From Eledone cirrhosa (Eukaryota), in NCBI GenBank assembly GCA_964016885.1, contig OZ024746.1, positions 7,502,001 through 7,566,000 of the forward strand: a DNA stretch of 64,000 nucleotides, given 5' to 3'. The position numbers and the translations under genes were made by a program. Positions 1 through 14,099 of this stretch are shown here, piece after piece (the first letter of the stretch is position 1; each line of letters opens with the position of its first letter). The notes under the pieces are model-generated. The model was not told the origin of the DNA. It searched no databases and worked only from the letters and a program-made list of their open reading frames with translations.

Positions 1-205
1 CGTGTCCGACGAGCCCGCAGGTCCAGAGTCAGACAAGATCCATTCGTGTCTCGAGCTGTCCGCCGGCGAAACAATTGTAACACACAATAAATTGATTTCA
101 GATGCATCACTGAATTTTCGTTTTATATTATACCATACTCTGCTCTGTAAGAGCATAGAGTGCTCAACCGGCATACCGCCTATGGAAGCATCTTAGCTAC
201 CATCA

Positions 206-252
<47 letters not shown>

Positions 253-469
253 GGGGGGGGGGGTCATAAAAGATTTCTAATGGCCTACAATTCCATCTTG
301 AAGTATGTAGTTTTATTTACATATGTGTACAAAATACTAGATGTTTTTCATTTGATATATCCTGTTATACATCGTGTATGTATGCATGTATGTATATATA
401 TGTACGTATGTATATATCTATCTAAAAATCTATCTATCTATCTATCTTTGCTTGTCTTCCTATCTTCTG

Positions 470-690
470 CAATGCGGGCCACAGTACCGGGGTTTGTGGC
501 CGAAGTGACTAAGTTGGAATTGTTAAGCCTCCTCGGTAAAGTCTATGCTAAGTGTCTGGCAAGGAGACGTAGGGTGATTGTCGAGTTTAAGTTAGCTGAC
601 AAACAGTGCAGTTTTCGCCCCTGGTGCAGCACAGCTGACCAAAGATTCACACTGCGGCAAGTCTTCGAGAAATCCTTTGTTCTAAATAAT
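470..690 (+). mobile_element. RTE-like RT fragment
   Basis: LLSLLGKVYAKCL...QCSFRP..STADQRFTLRQVFEKS, typical of RT subdomains 1-2 of non-LTR elements. Confidence 0.7.
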
Positions 691-1124
691 TTGTCACAGC
701 TCGGGTTTGCCAAGCCAGATTCCTGAAATATAGTTATTCTTTTCTCACATAAAAGACTTTGTAGGATCAAATCTTTTGGGTGGACGGGGATGGGGTGGGG
801 GCCCCTGACTATTTATTTCTTTTGTCTGACTTTGAAATATCAGTTTAACATCTTATATTTACACCATAGAATGTACACATGGAGAAAGTTATGGAGCATA
901 TTCCAAAGCTTACTCTAATATCACCACATTCGTGATTTGTAAAGGATGATGGGAGCTGCCCTTACGACTGTGACTAGATTCTAAAGTAAAATCTCACAGT
1001 CTATACAAACATAAATTCGCAGGCATACTTACAAACGTAAGTACAGTTACATAAGTATTGTCTATCAAGAAAATATACACGAATACATACACACACACAA
1101 ACTGGAAAATGCCGTATGCGACTA

Positions 1125-1425
1125 ATCCAGACTCTGCTGCACTTCGGACCGAGGAGGGTAAAGTCCCCAAATATTAGTCGCCCTCCAACAGGTTTGCTGT
1201 CGAGCCCGTAGCAGTTGAGACTTCTGGTGTTCTTGGCCTTAGGACCACCCACCTCCCTACCCACCACCATCGGTACGGAGTTGGCTACCTGCAGGTGTGA
1301 GCCTCGTGAGCTGGAATCGCTCTTCCAAAAAGTCTCCCCCACCAGCCTCCGGGGAAACGCCTTCTCTATTCTGTCCACCGGGACCGTGGGGCGGTCGGTG
1401 CGTGGGCTCCCATTTGCATACAATA
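1125..1425 (+). mobile_element. CRE-clade 3' fragment
   Basis: gagacttctggtgttcttggcc...ctccggggaaacgccttctct matches the RLE C-terminal region of the other copies. Confidence 0.8.
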
Positions 1426-2094
1426 GTGAGAGGTGGGAGGGCGAGAGAGACGGAGGCAATGAAAGAGAGAGAACATCAACACATATTTTCCGTTATACAC
1501 CTCAAGCTAACAGATTTATAGAGATGTAGACACAAACGCTGACACAAAATATATATTTCCGTAGCGAGGCATTCACATACATGATTACCCTCAGTTGGGT
1601 GAAAGGTGAAGTGGATCTTGACGGAATTTGAACTCAGAAGACAGAGACCAGGAACACATATCCTCCACTCTAACAATTCTCTCAAATTAACTGCCTGGGG
1701 ATTGAACCAGTAACACATATCCTCCACTCTAACAATTCTCTCAAATTAACTGCCTGGGGATTGAACCAGGAACACATATCCTCTACTCTAACAATTCTCT
1801 CAAATTAACTGCATCATGACAGTATCTAGTTGCCAATTATATGTTAAAGAGATGTGATCTAATACGGGTGTGTGTGGTAGCTACGATCGATCACTGTTAC
1901 CCATCTGTCGGCGAATCGTTGCTACTTCACGGTACAGCAAAATATTCAAAATCCCAAAGCTAGGAGTTTCGATTTTTGCTAGGTGTTCCTTAACAACTTG
2001 ATCGATCACAGCTAACATTGAGACAGGCAAGTTTTTTATCGATTCGTGTCGTAATTGTTTTGTTTAAATTTTTCTCTGAACTCTGTTCTAAGTT

Positions 2095-2945
2095 CGTCAC
2101 CTATACGATGCATTCGTCCCCTATACCATCACGGGTGTTTAACGACTGTTCGTCGCCTACACCATCACGGGTGTTTAACGACTGTTCGTCGCCTATACCA
2201 TCACGAGTGTTTAACGACTGTTCGTCGCCTATATGGTCACGGGTGTTTAACGACTGTTCGTCGCCTATACCCTCACGGGTGTTTAACGACTGTTCGTCGC
2301 CTATACCATCACGAGTGTTTAACGACTGTTCGTCGCCTATACCATCACGGGTCTTTAACGACTGTTCGTCGCCTATACCATCACGAGTGTTTAACGACTG
2401 TTCGTCGCCTATATGGTCACGGGTGTTTAACGACTGTTCGTCGCCTATACCATCACGGGTGTTTAACGACTGTTCGTCGCCTATACCATCACGAGTGTTT
2501 AACGACTGTTCGTCGCCTATACCATCACGGGTGTTTAACGACTGTTCGTCGCCTATATGATCACGGGTGTTTAACGACTGTTCGTCGCCTATATGGTCAC
2601 GGGTGTTTAACGACTGTTCGTCGCCTATACCCTCACGGGTGTTTAACGACTGTTCGTCGCCTATATGATCACGGGTGTTTAACGACTGTTCGTCGCCTAT
2701 ACCATCACGGGTGTTTAACGACTGTTCGTCGCCTATACCATCACGGGTGTTTAACGACTGTTCGTCGCCTATATGATCACGGGTGTTTAACGCCTGTTCG
2801 TCGCCTATACCATCACAGGTGTTTAACGACTGTTCGTCGCCTACACCATCACGGCTGTTTAACGACTGTTCGTCGCCTATATGATCACGGGTGTTTAACG
2901 CCTGTTCGTCGCCTATATGTTAATGTGTGTTTAACGACTGTTCGT
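2095..2945. repeat. 36-bp minisatellite, about 23 units
   Basis: Unit cgtcgcctataccatcacgggtgtttaacgactgtt, head to tail. Confidence 0.95.
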
Positions 2946-3314
2946 ATAATGCAGGCAATTGTGTCACATTGCTATGGTTCTGATTCTTAGTTTGGTCATC
3001 AGTCATACTTCTAGCATCCTCCTCAAGGTAGCAGCATCCTCCTCAAGGTAGCAGCATCCACAGGGCTGCCGCTACCTTTTTTGTTGTGCAAGTTCAGTGA
3101 TTGGTTTTGCTAGTTTACTTTTAATGAACGTAACTCGTTGGATTTCTCTCACTAGCTCCGTGATCTGCGATTTCTGGTTTCTATGGAGCTATGGTTAATG
3201 TAATAGTAAGCCATGTGTTGATTTCACTGCTTCATTACAATGATATTTTGAAAAAAGCCACTTCATTGCGATGACGCATTCAATAATGATAACCAATGTA
3301 TGTATGTATGTAAT

Positions 3315-3937
3315 GTCGGGTCACTCTTGAGTGCTACTGGTAACATGTAACCCAGTACAACCTGTCGTATGGTCGGGTCATCGGCCACTAAACCGGCAAC
3401 CCCACCAAGTTTACTTGGTGAGGAGGGAGATTTTGGATACTCTGCAGGACAAAGAACAAAACCTGACAAAGGGCGGAAGAACTCATAAGAGTTAACGGCC
3501 ATCCAAAAGTGTGTAAATATGTATATACACATGTACATATGTATGTGTATGTATATGTATATATGCATGGGTGCATGTGTATGTATATGCGCGGGGACAT
3601 AGAAATAGTCGGGCTGGACACCCGATCGCGCGGTTAAACCACTGGGAGTGTAGGAGGACCCCTAGCCTTTGTCAGAGTATTCTTCTAGGAGAAAGTAACT
3701 CAGGAAACTGGGATAAATCCGATATAAAACCTGCGGCTCAGTAGTAACCGATGATATTGATCTTTTCTTCTTTTCGGGTTATAGCTAGTGTCGCTCAGAG
3801 AGTGGGATTGGCTCAGTGCACAGTCTTTCCTCACTTTAAAAAATATCTTCACGCACAGGCATTGCACGATAGAATTAATTAATAATTATTAATAATGGCC
3901 ATACTCGATAACGAGGGGGCAGCCATTATGTCATCAT
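3315..3937 (+). mobile_element. Non-coding dispersed repeat (element A), resembles an RTE 5' UTR
   Basis: Starts gtcgggtcactc directly after (TATG)n. Near-identical inverted copy at 15581-16104. Contains ctaggagaaagtaactc and an internal complement cctgacaaagg / cctttgtcag. Confidence 0.65.
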
Positions 3938-4009
3938 GTATGTATGTATGTATGTATGTATGTATGTATGTATGTATGTATGTATGTATGTTATCTCTTT
4001 CTCTTAATT

Positions 4010-5222
4010 TCGAGTATATTTTTTTGACCGGCCACCTTCCTGGTGGCAAGGTTGTAAAAGAAAAGAAATTGTCATCCCTTGAATCGCAAGAATGTTTTGC
4101 AAATTTTGAAGGTGCCAGCTATCGCAGCCATTTGTAGACTATGAATTAGGGAGCTGCGCTCTTTGTCCGCAAATCCAAGTTCAGTCATACTTTGGTCCAA
4201 ACAGGTTGGTATGTAACCTGTAGCTCCAATAATGATGGGTATGAAGCTAAAGGTGTATCTTGGATACTGGATTTGCAAACTCCTCATCAATGGTCCGTAG
4301 ATGTCCTCCTTCTCCTGTATTTTTCTGACAACGTTTACATCAAGTGGGCAGCTGATCTCCACAACAGAGCACGTTTTCAATGTGTGGTCCCAAACAACAA
4401 TATCAGGCCGGTTGTGCTTTAATTTGGTGCAGTTTTTATTTTCAGGTTCCACCAGTATTCCTTAGTGCCATCTGTCTCAATATATTCTTCCTCGTTTGTT
4501 GTTAATTTTGTTTTCCGAAGTGCGTTCCAGATGGTTCTAGCTATCCCATCGTGTCTCATGGGGAGGTAGTAGCGAGATGACATTCTTTCGCAGCTGGCAA
4601 CAATGTGACTTACATCTTCGATCTTTGTTTTACATAGCCTACATTTATTGTCAGCTGATGGCCCTCCCCTTTTGTGCAGCAGATATTTGGTAGGGAGTTC
4701 TTGTTCCTGTATTTCATAGAGATATCCTTCAAGGTGTGATGTCATAAACTTGTCGGAACTCCATACCAGGCTTTTTGAGTGGTTTATCCCCTCTATGGTA
4801 TGTGTCTTACGTCTCAAGTATCCATGCACAACCTTTTCTGTAAATTGGTCAATTTTTTCATTTTGTTTGAACATTGAATAGGATCTTCCGATTTCTCTGG
4901 GTGAGAGATTTATATCAAGCTTTATTCCATATCTCTCCTCCAGATCAGTGGCTATTCTAATGATATCTTTTTTTTCATGCTCATAAACCTGAGCAAGATG
5001 GTTGCCAATCGTTTTCCTCTGTTGAAGGTGTTGCTTCAGTGTTACTATCCGGGTCTCATATGATGTTAATATGGATTTTAGACCCCGGCCACCTTCCTTG
5101 CGTGAGAAGTATAGCTTATCCACATCACCATTGATGTTAAAGTTCCCAGTAACACTGAGAAGTTTGCGAGTTCTAACATCCATCTCACTTAGTTCTTGCA
5201 ATGACCAGTTCAGCAGGCCAAA
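4010..5222 (-). mobile_element. 5'-truncated R4/Dong-clade copy
   Basis: ORFs 4419-5201 and 4072-4452 (CRLC..HIVASC..RHD; HNRPDIVVWD..VEISCPLD). Closely matches 18780-19990 and is flanked on both sides by (TATG)n. Confidence 0.9.
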
Positions 5223-5949
5223 TTAGAATTGGCAGAGCATAAGTATTGTTAGCACAGCATAAGTATGTATGTATGTATGTATGTATGTATGTATGTATGT
5301 ATGTATGTATGTATGTATGTATGTATGTATGTATGTATGTATGTATGAATGTATGTATGTATGTATGTATGTATGTATGTATAAATGTATGTATGTATGT
5401 ATGTATGTATGTATGTATGTATGTATGTATGTATGTATGTATGAGTAATAATTGTGCTGTGTTGAAGAGTTGGGCAGTGATTAGTTGTTAAGCTGGTGTG
5501 GGAACTATAATACTTCACAAAACAAACGGGTAATAAAATGTAGAGACGGAGAATGAAATGATTTACAGAGCTACACTGTTCAAACAAATCTATTCAACAC
5601 ACCTTTGTTTGTAAAGTGAGTCAACACAGTTTGAAAAGAGATCTTCGAATGCCCCCACATTGATAATAACTAAAGTGACAATCTTAACAAATCAAAACAT
5701 TCGTAACAGGTAAAACTACTGGGTAAAATCATTTTCTATCATTTCGTGTCTGGTAGCAGCAGAAAGACACACCTATTGGGGTTATCGCCGACTGACAACT
5801 GGGTTCAAGACGACAACAGCAAACACAGTTACACGCCCTCCCACTCACTTGTATGTATGAATATGATATTTTTTCTTTATTAATTGTTTGAATTCTTGTA
5901 ACAAAAAACAAACAAAAAACAACTACAACAACAAACAAACAAATATCAA

Positions 5950-6180
5950 AGTCTCATCCTTGGTATTCGGAATACTAAAATTGTGAATGTTTCATGCTGA
6001 ACTTTATAAACATCTTGCAGATTTTTATTGGTCCACTTTGCGATTGTATTTGTATAGCGGTCAATATCTTTGTCCGAAAACCCTAGCTTTTCCAGATTTA
6101 TAAATAGACATTTTCTAACATAGCCAACTTCTATGTTCATGTGAGATTATATTCCAGGCACAGAAGCTGAACTTAAACGG
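5950..6180 (-). mobile_element. Short decayed R4-like 3' end
   Basis: GYVRKCLFINLEKLGFSDKDI resembles the R4 C-terminus seen at 4072-4250. Confidence 0.45.
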
Positions 6181-7796
6181 TTTATATAGTCTTGGAACTT
6201 TGACTTTCTTTTACTAGGAAAGAAAGTTCTTAATCGATATATTGTCTTGGAACTTAAACGGTTTCTTTGACTTTTTTCATCTATTAGTTATTTTGTAGCT
6301 ATCTTCTGCCCCCGTGACAACGGTCATGGATCCCAGAGAGGCTACATTTTCAGGCTGACGCGAAATACACGCATTCGTAACATTTTGTTTTTTTTAGGTA
6401 TGCAGTGTTTCTTTTGCAGGTCTTTCTTTTGGGTGTTAACTCAGCAGTTCCGGTGTTGTACTAGAGGTCATCCGGAAGTAGATACTTCTTGAGAAACTCC
6501 CTACCAGCCAGTAGGATGTTGTTCTCTTCACTTTTGATCACTTAATTGGTGTATTTATTCTTGCTACTGTCGTCTGGTGTTTGTGTGAGACGACATTCAA
6601 AAACCTGTTTACATTGTTTGTAAGCCTCCCCACTTCCCCCACCCTTCTTTCTTCTGTCGGTATCACTGTTTCTATTACAGGACCTTACTGCTTTTGAAAT
6701 ATATGGAGTGGATTTTCACTGTATGCCAATAAAATATTCCAAATGAATTATAGGATATTATTTTTTTGTGAGAAGAAAACACCGAGTGCCATATTTTAAA
6801 AGGTTTTTGTTTCCTCTACTTTTATTCACAGTGCAGTGGTACGCTATATTTCTCCTAAGTACTTGGAGCATTTATTCTGTGATACAGGGAAGATGAGGAG
6901 ATCATTGCTGCAGCAGTTGCTTCTACGTTCAAATATTTCTTTTTGCCAAATTCCATTCCTATACCAGCTGAAAATGTTCTTATTAACTCCAACTGTATTT
7001 CAGTATAAACATTTCGACAATAGATCCATCTACAAATAAACTGAGAGTTACATTGCTTTTGTACACTCTAACGCATAGCCACTGGGTTTTCATAAAAGAT
7101 AAATAGAAGTGCAAACAAACTCTCCTTTGGAATATTTATAATATAGGAGTCAAGTTTTCAGTTAACCAAGTCTTTGGGAACCTTGGCAGCGACTATGGCA
7201 ATAGGTACTTTTGTCAAACGTAGTGACATCAGCGACTATAAGAGGAGAATAAAATAAATGCTTTTCTGTAATCAAACCATACCATCACAAGTTTTCAGCA
7301 ATGTTTTCTTGCTTCAAACAGTACAGCTTTATTTATCAATAAGTACTGTGAACTTATTATTCACCTTATACCTTATCATGGTAGTTAAATGTCCAATTTT
7401 GTTATCCACCTGGGTTGCATACATTAAGTACCTTAACTCATCCATTGCACATATCTACATATCTTCCAGGTGTTATGTCAGAGTAATAATACATGCACTG
7501 CACATATCTTCCAGGTGTTCTGTCAGAGTCATAACGACCGTGTATTAATTGTCCAATTTTATTACATGTTTTATATATTCTCCAACGATATTATCAATAA
7601 CTGTTAACATCAATAACTTTTAACATGAAGGTGGTTGGCGCCCAGTTTCTTACTCTCGTCATGAACGGCCCCTCATTAAACGACAGCCGAGAGAAACTGG
7701 AAAAAATGTTTTCAAATGGTTTTATGTTGTATATATTCTCGAGTTGAGTGGCGGTAATGACTCTGGTGGTTTACATTTTTATTTGACATTTTATGG

Positions 7797-8140
7797 CAGA
7801 TTTTGACTGGTCTTCTATGTTTTCAGATTAGCTGGGGTCATAGGAACTGTAGTAACAGTTGCTACCAGATCTTGACGGGTCTTCTATGTTTTCAGATTAG
7901 CTGGGGTCATAGAAGCTGTAGTAACAGTTGCTACCAGATCTTGACGGGTCTTCTATGTTTTCAGATTAGCTGGGGTCATAGGAGCTGTAGTAACAGTTGC
8001 TACCAGATCTTGACGGGTCTTCTATGTTTTCAGATTAGCTGGGGTCATAGAAGCTGTAGTAACAGTTGCTACCAGATCTTGACGGGTCTTCTATGTTTTC
8101 AGATCAGCTGGGGTCATAGGAGCTGTAGTAACAGTTGCTG
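7797..8140. repeat. 69-bp tandem repeat, 5 units
   Basis: Unit cagatcttgacgggtcttctatgttttcagattagctggggtcataggagctgtagtaacagttgctac. Confidence 0.95.
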
Positions 8141-8747
8141 CTCGTCGCTGCCATTTTTCGGTTAAAGAACGAAGCTTGTTGATTCAAATACGAATTTTAA
8201 ACAGAAATTATCGATATTACTTTCTACACATTAATGTGCACCCTTTAGCGATGAGGATAATCAACCTTTTAAAATATATAATTTTTAAAGAACTATCATG
8301 TATAAAGTTTGCTGTTCCCAGATATTTAGCATGAAACTGCAACATATCGTATCATGTCCCACGGCCTAATAATGATCTCTTAATGACATTTTAATATCAG
8401 TACAATGTCCCCAAACAGCTGTCAACAAGAGTACATTAAACTAAATTAATCTCAGTACATTACTGACAGTTGCCTGAGCCAATGAGAGGGCCTCTACATG
8501 GTCACCCTGCCTGCTATAAATAGTAGCTAGGTCTCAAAATCATACTTTTTTGTCATAGATAACGGACATGTTTGATAGTATAAAAAGATAATGGGATGGT
8601 CATAACTGGAATATTTTGATAATAGGTCTTTTCATTTAGTTCTAACTTAAAAACAAACAACAACGGCAATAGCAGTAGCTGATATATTTTATACTTTATT
8701 GACACTTACAATGATGGAAGGCAAAACCGACAGCGGTGAGATACGGT

Positions 8748-9000
8748 GGTTCTCCGACAGGTTCGCGGTCGTGCCTTGGCAATGGAGACCTCTGGTGTCC
8801 TTGGCCCTAGGGCTACCTCCCTATTCACCACCATAGGCGCTGAGCTGGCCAGCCGCAGGTGTGAGCCTCGCGAGTTGGAATGGCTCTGCCATCGTATCTT
8901 CCTTACCATCCTCCGGGGAAACGCCTTCTCCATCCTGTCCGCCGGGGATGTGGGGAGGCCAGCACGTGGGACCCCATTTGCTCACCATACGGATTAATAG
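8748..9000 (+). mobile_element. CRE-clade 3' fragment
   Basis: Nearly identical to 45590-45840 (METSGVLGPRATSLF...LRGNAFSILSAG), with the same 3' end ctcaccatacggattaata. Confidence 0.85.
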
Positions 9001-9219
9001 GCAAAGTTATAAACCATGGACTGAAGTTAAACACGACAAAACATTTACTGTAGCAAGCAGACGTTAACAGAGTATCACTGACTTTATTCGTTTTCTAGAA
9101 AGAAAAAAAAGAAATTATGTCTTCGATTTCGTTCTATAGTTCAAGATGGCGTCACACTGGAACGTATTACATTTAAAGATACGTTCCATTGTAGATATAT
9201 GGCGATAACGACTACAACC

Positions 9220-10458
9220 ATGATGATGGTGGTGGTGGTGGTGGTGATGGTGGTGGTGATGGTGGTGGTGATGGTGGTGGTGGTGATGGTGGTGGTGGTG
9301 GTGATGGTGGTGATGGTGGTGGTGGTGATGGTGGTGATGGTGATGGTGGTGATGGTGGTGATGGTGGCGATGGTGGTGATGATGATGGTGGTGGTAGTGG
9401 TGGTGGTGGTGGTGGTGGTGGTGATGGTGGTAATGGTGGTGGTGGTGGTGATGGTGGTGGTGATGGTGGTGGTGATGGTGGTGGTGGTGGTGATGGTGGT
9501 GGTGATGGTGGTAATGGTGGTGGTGGTGGTGATGGTGGTGATGGTGATGGTGGTGATGGTGGTGATGGTGGTGATGGTGGTGATGATGATGGTGGTGGTA
9601 GTGGTGGTGGTGGTGGTGGTGGTGGTGGTGATGGTGGTAATGGTGGTGGTGGTGGTGATGGTGGTGGTGATGGTGGTGGTGATGGTGGTGGTGGTGATGG
9701 TGGTGGTGGTGGTGATGATGGTGGTGGTGATGGTGGTAATGGTGGTGGTGGTGGTGATGGTGGTGGTGATGGTGGTGGTGATGGTGGTGGTGGTCATGGT
9801 GATGGTGGTGGTGGTGATGGTGGTGGTGATGGTGGTAATGGTGGTGGTGGTGGTGATGGTGGTGATGGTGGTGGTGGTGGTGATGGTGGTGGTGATGGTG
9901 GTGGTGATGGTGGTGGTGGTGATGGTGGTGGTGGTGGTGATGATGGTGGTGGTGATGGTGGTAATGGTGGTGGTGATGGTGGTGGTGATGGTGGTGGTGA
10001 TGGTGGTGGTGGTGATGGTGGTGATGGTGGTGGTGGTGATGGTGGTGATGGTGATGGTGGTGATGGTGGTGATGGTGGTGATGGTGGTGATGATGATGGT
10101 GGTGGTAGTGGTGGTGGTGGTGGTGGTGATGGTGGTAATGGTGGTGATGGTGGTAATGGTGGTGGTGGTGGTGATGGTGGTGGTGGTGGTGGTGGTGGTG
10201 ATGGTGGTGATGGTGGTGGTGATGGTGGTGGTGATGATGTTGATGGTGATGGTGATGATGGTGGTGATGATGGTGGTGGTCATGATAGTGCTGGTGATGG
10301 TGGTGGCGGTGGTGGTGGTGGTGATGGTGCTGATGATGTTGATGGTGGTGGTGATGGTGGTGGTGATGGTGGTGGTGATGGTGGTGGTGATGGTGGTGGT
10401 GATGGTGGTGGTGATGGTGGTGGTCATGATAGTGCTGGTGATGGTGGTGGTGATGGTG
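9220..10458. repeat. (GGT/GAT)n microsatellite
   Basis: Directly visible; the source of the poly-His/Thr/Val pseudo-ORFs. Confidence 0.95.
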
Positions 10459-11362
10459 AGAGAGAGGGGGGAGAGAGAGGGCAGAGGACAGAGAGAGAGA
10501 GAGTATGTGTGTACGTGTGTGTGTGTGCGTGTGTGTGTGTCTAAGAGAAATAATTGTTTCTACTTTAGGCACAAGGCCAGCAAATACCCAGTGCATTACT
10601 GGTACTTTATTTTATCGACCCCGTAAGGATGAAAGGCAAAGTCAACCTCGGCGGAGAAATAATAGTTGTACAATACAACATACAAAATCAAGAAATTAGG
10701 ATGAAATTGAGAATCGTGTGTGTATGTGTGTGGTAGGTGTGTGTGGTAGGTGTGTGTGTGTGTGTGTGTGTGATAGGTGTGTGTGGTAGGTGTGTGTGGT
10801 AGGTGTGTGGTAGGTGTGTGTTGTAGGTGTGTGTGTGTGTGGTAGGTGTGTGTGTGTGTATGTGTGTGTTGTAGGTGTGTGTTGTAGGTGTGTGTGTTTG
10901 GTAGGTGTGTATGTATGTGTGTGTGTGTGTGTGTGTGGTAGGTGTAGGGGTGGTGTTTTGTTGTGAGCATGAGTCGTTGAAATGACGAAAAATGATTTTT
11001 AACCGGAACAAAATTAGGAAGTAGTGTGTGTGTGTGGGGGGGGGGGAGTGAGAGAGAGAGAGGGGAAAAACAAAAGGGAGAGTGAGAATGCAAGAGAGAA
11101 AAAATAGAGTTAGGGAGAGACAGAGTGTGTGTGAGAGACAGAGTGTGGGTGAGAGAGACAGTGTGTGTGTGAGAGAGATAGAGTGTGTGTGAGAGACAGA
11201 GTGTGGGTGAGAGAAACAGAGTGTGTGTGAGAGAGACAGTGTGTGTGTGAGAGAGACAGAGTGTGTGTGAGAGAGACAGAGTGTGTGTGAGAGAGAGTGT
11301 GGGTGAGAGAGACAGAGTGTGTGTGAGAGAGACAGAGTGTGTGTGAGAGAGACAGAGTGTGT

Positions 11363-11398
<36 letters not shown>

Positions 11399-11479
11399 AT
11401 TTCTTAAACTGGGAGTTGAAAGAAAAATCGACGGCAACAAAAGGAAAGGGTAATGTTCTAGGCTGATCAATAATAATCA

Positions 11480-11948
11480 ATAATTGTTTCTACTTTTGAC
11501 ACAAGGCCAGCAATTACCCAGTACATTACTGGTACTTTATTTTATCGACCCTGTAAGGATGAAAGACAAAGTTAACCTCGGCAGGATTTGAACTCAGAAT
11601 GGCAAGGGCCGTAACTCTGTACGTCAAAGCATGGCGTCCGACCCTCTACCGACACTGCCAAAATCAATAATAATCAAGAACAACAACAATAATTATTACA
11701 ACAACAACAATAACAACGACATTAATTGTAATATACTTTGTACCTAAAGTAGAAACAATTGGTGGATTGGCAGTGTCGGTAGAGGGTCGGACGCCATCCT
11801 TTGCAGCATAGAGTTACGGCCCTTGCCATTCTGAGTTCAAATCCCGCCGAGGTTAACTTTGCCTTTCATCCTTACGGGGTCGATAAAATAAAGTACCAGT
11901 AACACACTGGGGTAATTGCTGGCCTTGTGCCAAAAGTAGAAACAGTTA
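11480..11948. mobile_element. Inverted pair of tRNA-derived SINEs (octopus OR2-like)
   Basis: Copies at about 11480-11660 (-) and 11760-11948 (+). A box tggcagtgtcgg, B box gagttcaaatcc, core ttgcctttcatccttacggggtcgataaaataaagtaccag. A further copy lies at about 12075-12245 and a fragment at 10549-10655. Confidence 0.85.
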
Positions 11949-13839
11949 TTACAGATATCAGTGAGAATATTCTAGATCTCCCTTTGTCTAAGGTAACTAA
12001 CTCGTCTTTATATTGTCCCCAAAGTCTGGGGGTCATTGGGGCCAATATATGTCAAATAACCGTAATTTTGTGGTATATAGTTACGGCATATAGTTACGGC
12101 CCTTTACGTTCTGAGTCAAATCCCGCCGAGATTAGCTTCGCCTTATGGGGTCGATAAAACAACGTACCAGTCACGAACTGGGGTCGATGTAATCGACTTT
12201 CTCCTCCTCACAAATTGCTGGCCTTGTGCCTAAATTAGAAATAATAATAGTTGTTGTTGTTGTGTAATGGCTTCTAGCTGTGACAAGGTCACCAGAAAGT
12301 CTCAACTTTCAATACAGTACAATGCAATTCAGGGCGCAGCGATACGTCAGACATACACATATGCACGCACGCATGCATAACACATGCATATCAACTTTAT
12401 CTTCCCTATCACTCATACATCTCTGCCCCCATCCCCCCACCTTTCCCCCGCCTCTCTCTCTCTCTCTCTCTCTCTCATACAGACACACACACATTACATA
12501 CATTACACACACACACCACACACTACTAAAAAGTTTCGGCGTACATACATACATACATACACACACACAACACACACACATTACACACACATTGCATACA
12601 TTACACACACACACACACATCACATACATTATATACACATACACACACACACACACACACATACATACAAACATACATACACAACTTGACACGACCAGAC
12701 ACACATATGGCATGGAAGACCATTCTTTAAATCAAAGATAAATACTCCAACAGTGATACCACAACTGCCAGCCCTGTTAAATAACTCGATTTCTTCTGAT
12801 AATAAAAACACCTTTTATTCGAAATTGTACAGATATCCGTCTAAATATTGAATCCACTTTACAAAGATTTGCTACAAAAACATGGATGGAAAAGACATCG
12901 TCAACACTGGTGAAGAATCAAAGAAATACGAGAAATGTAAAAAGAATATTTTTAGTTGTAGTTAGAGAAGGAACCGAAACTATAAATCGAAGTTTTCTCG
13001 GAGCTACAAATTCAATAATGACAGATTTGGATTGATATAAAATAAATAAAAATACCCCCCCCCCCCATGTTGGCTATATGAACAGAATGAAGCTATACTA
13101 GGACGAACTCTTCACCCAGGGCTAAATTATTTCACAGCCAAACAATCACGCCAACAAGCAACACGCAACGTAGGTAAAAATAATGTAAACATTATTCAAA
13201 ACAATTATGAGAGTGTGAAACCCTTACAAATAACAACATCAAGTGAGCAGTGTCTTATCAGACATCCAATCAACACATATCACAACAAACCGCCATGTTA
13301 CTAGATTCACTTGTAACCAGTCTGACCAACAACAACAGACATCTTATGATGTTATCTACACGTGGAACAGCCATAGTGGCGACAAATTGACACTTCGACT
13401 GCTATATCTCGCAGATAACATCTCATGATGTTATCTGCACGTGGCAGATAACATCTCATGATGTTATATGCACGTGGCAGAAAACATCATGCGAGTTGGG
13501 AAGGAGCTCCTTAAGAAATACTCCCTGTATGATAACCCAAATTCACTTCTTCTATACATTAGTTATCAGAGACATGTTGAAGTTTCTCCTCCAACTCACC
13601 CTGTTCAGCATTTTGTGCTGAATTTCCTCTGCCTCTAACGCGATGTCATCTTCAAGAACATCTTTCGGTGAGATGGTTGGTCTTCTAACTCGTCTGCATG
13701 CATCAAATAAGAACCCTACCAGCAGGTTCATTGTGACGTTTCACATGCCCGGTTAATGCGAACCTATATGTCTTTATGATGTCAAAAAGGTGAGGGTGTG
13801 AACCGTATAGCGATTTATTTGCTACGTGTGTTTTCCAGG

Positions 13840-14010
13840 ATATGTTCTGGACCTTTTACACAGAGTGGAGTCTGCAGCGAGGTCCATTGGACTCCTCTTG
13901 GGTGCTGACAAAACACAATTCATGTATCTCAATGCAACACCAAATAATGCATGCCCTAGATGGTTTTGGAGGTTGAAGAATTGGATGACGTCTTTTACTT
14001 TGACAGCTTC
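13840..14010 (+). mobile_element. RTE RT fragment
   Basis: DLLHRVESAARSIGLLLGADKTQFM resembles the region just after the RT YADD motif. Confidence 0.55.
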
Positions 14011-14099
14011 ATGAACACGACAGCTTCATGAACATTTGTTGCCAGAATACTTCAAAGTGAGTCTTGGACCAACAACCGCTATATTGGCTCTCACTTTGA

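Noticed and set aside
2095-2945. CRISPR-like 36-bp repeat array
   Set aside because: Units are head to tail with no unique spacers, there are no cas genes, and the context is eukaryotic. It is a minisatellite.
6780-7560. Possible exon or DNA transposase remnant
   Set aside because: No recognisable motif or consistent reading frame by eye.
9115-10626. Poly-His/Thr/Val ORFs
   Set aside because: Trinucleotide microsatellite with no splice or codon evidence. The same applies to the ORFs at 20.2, 24.9-27.5, 28-30 and 34-36 kb.
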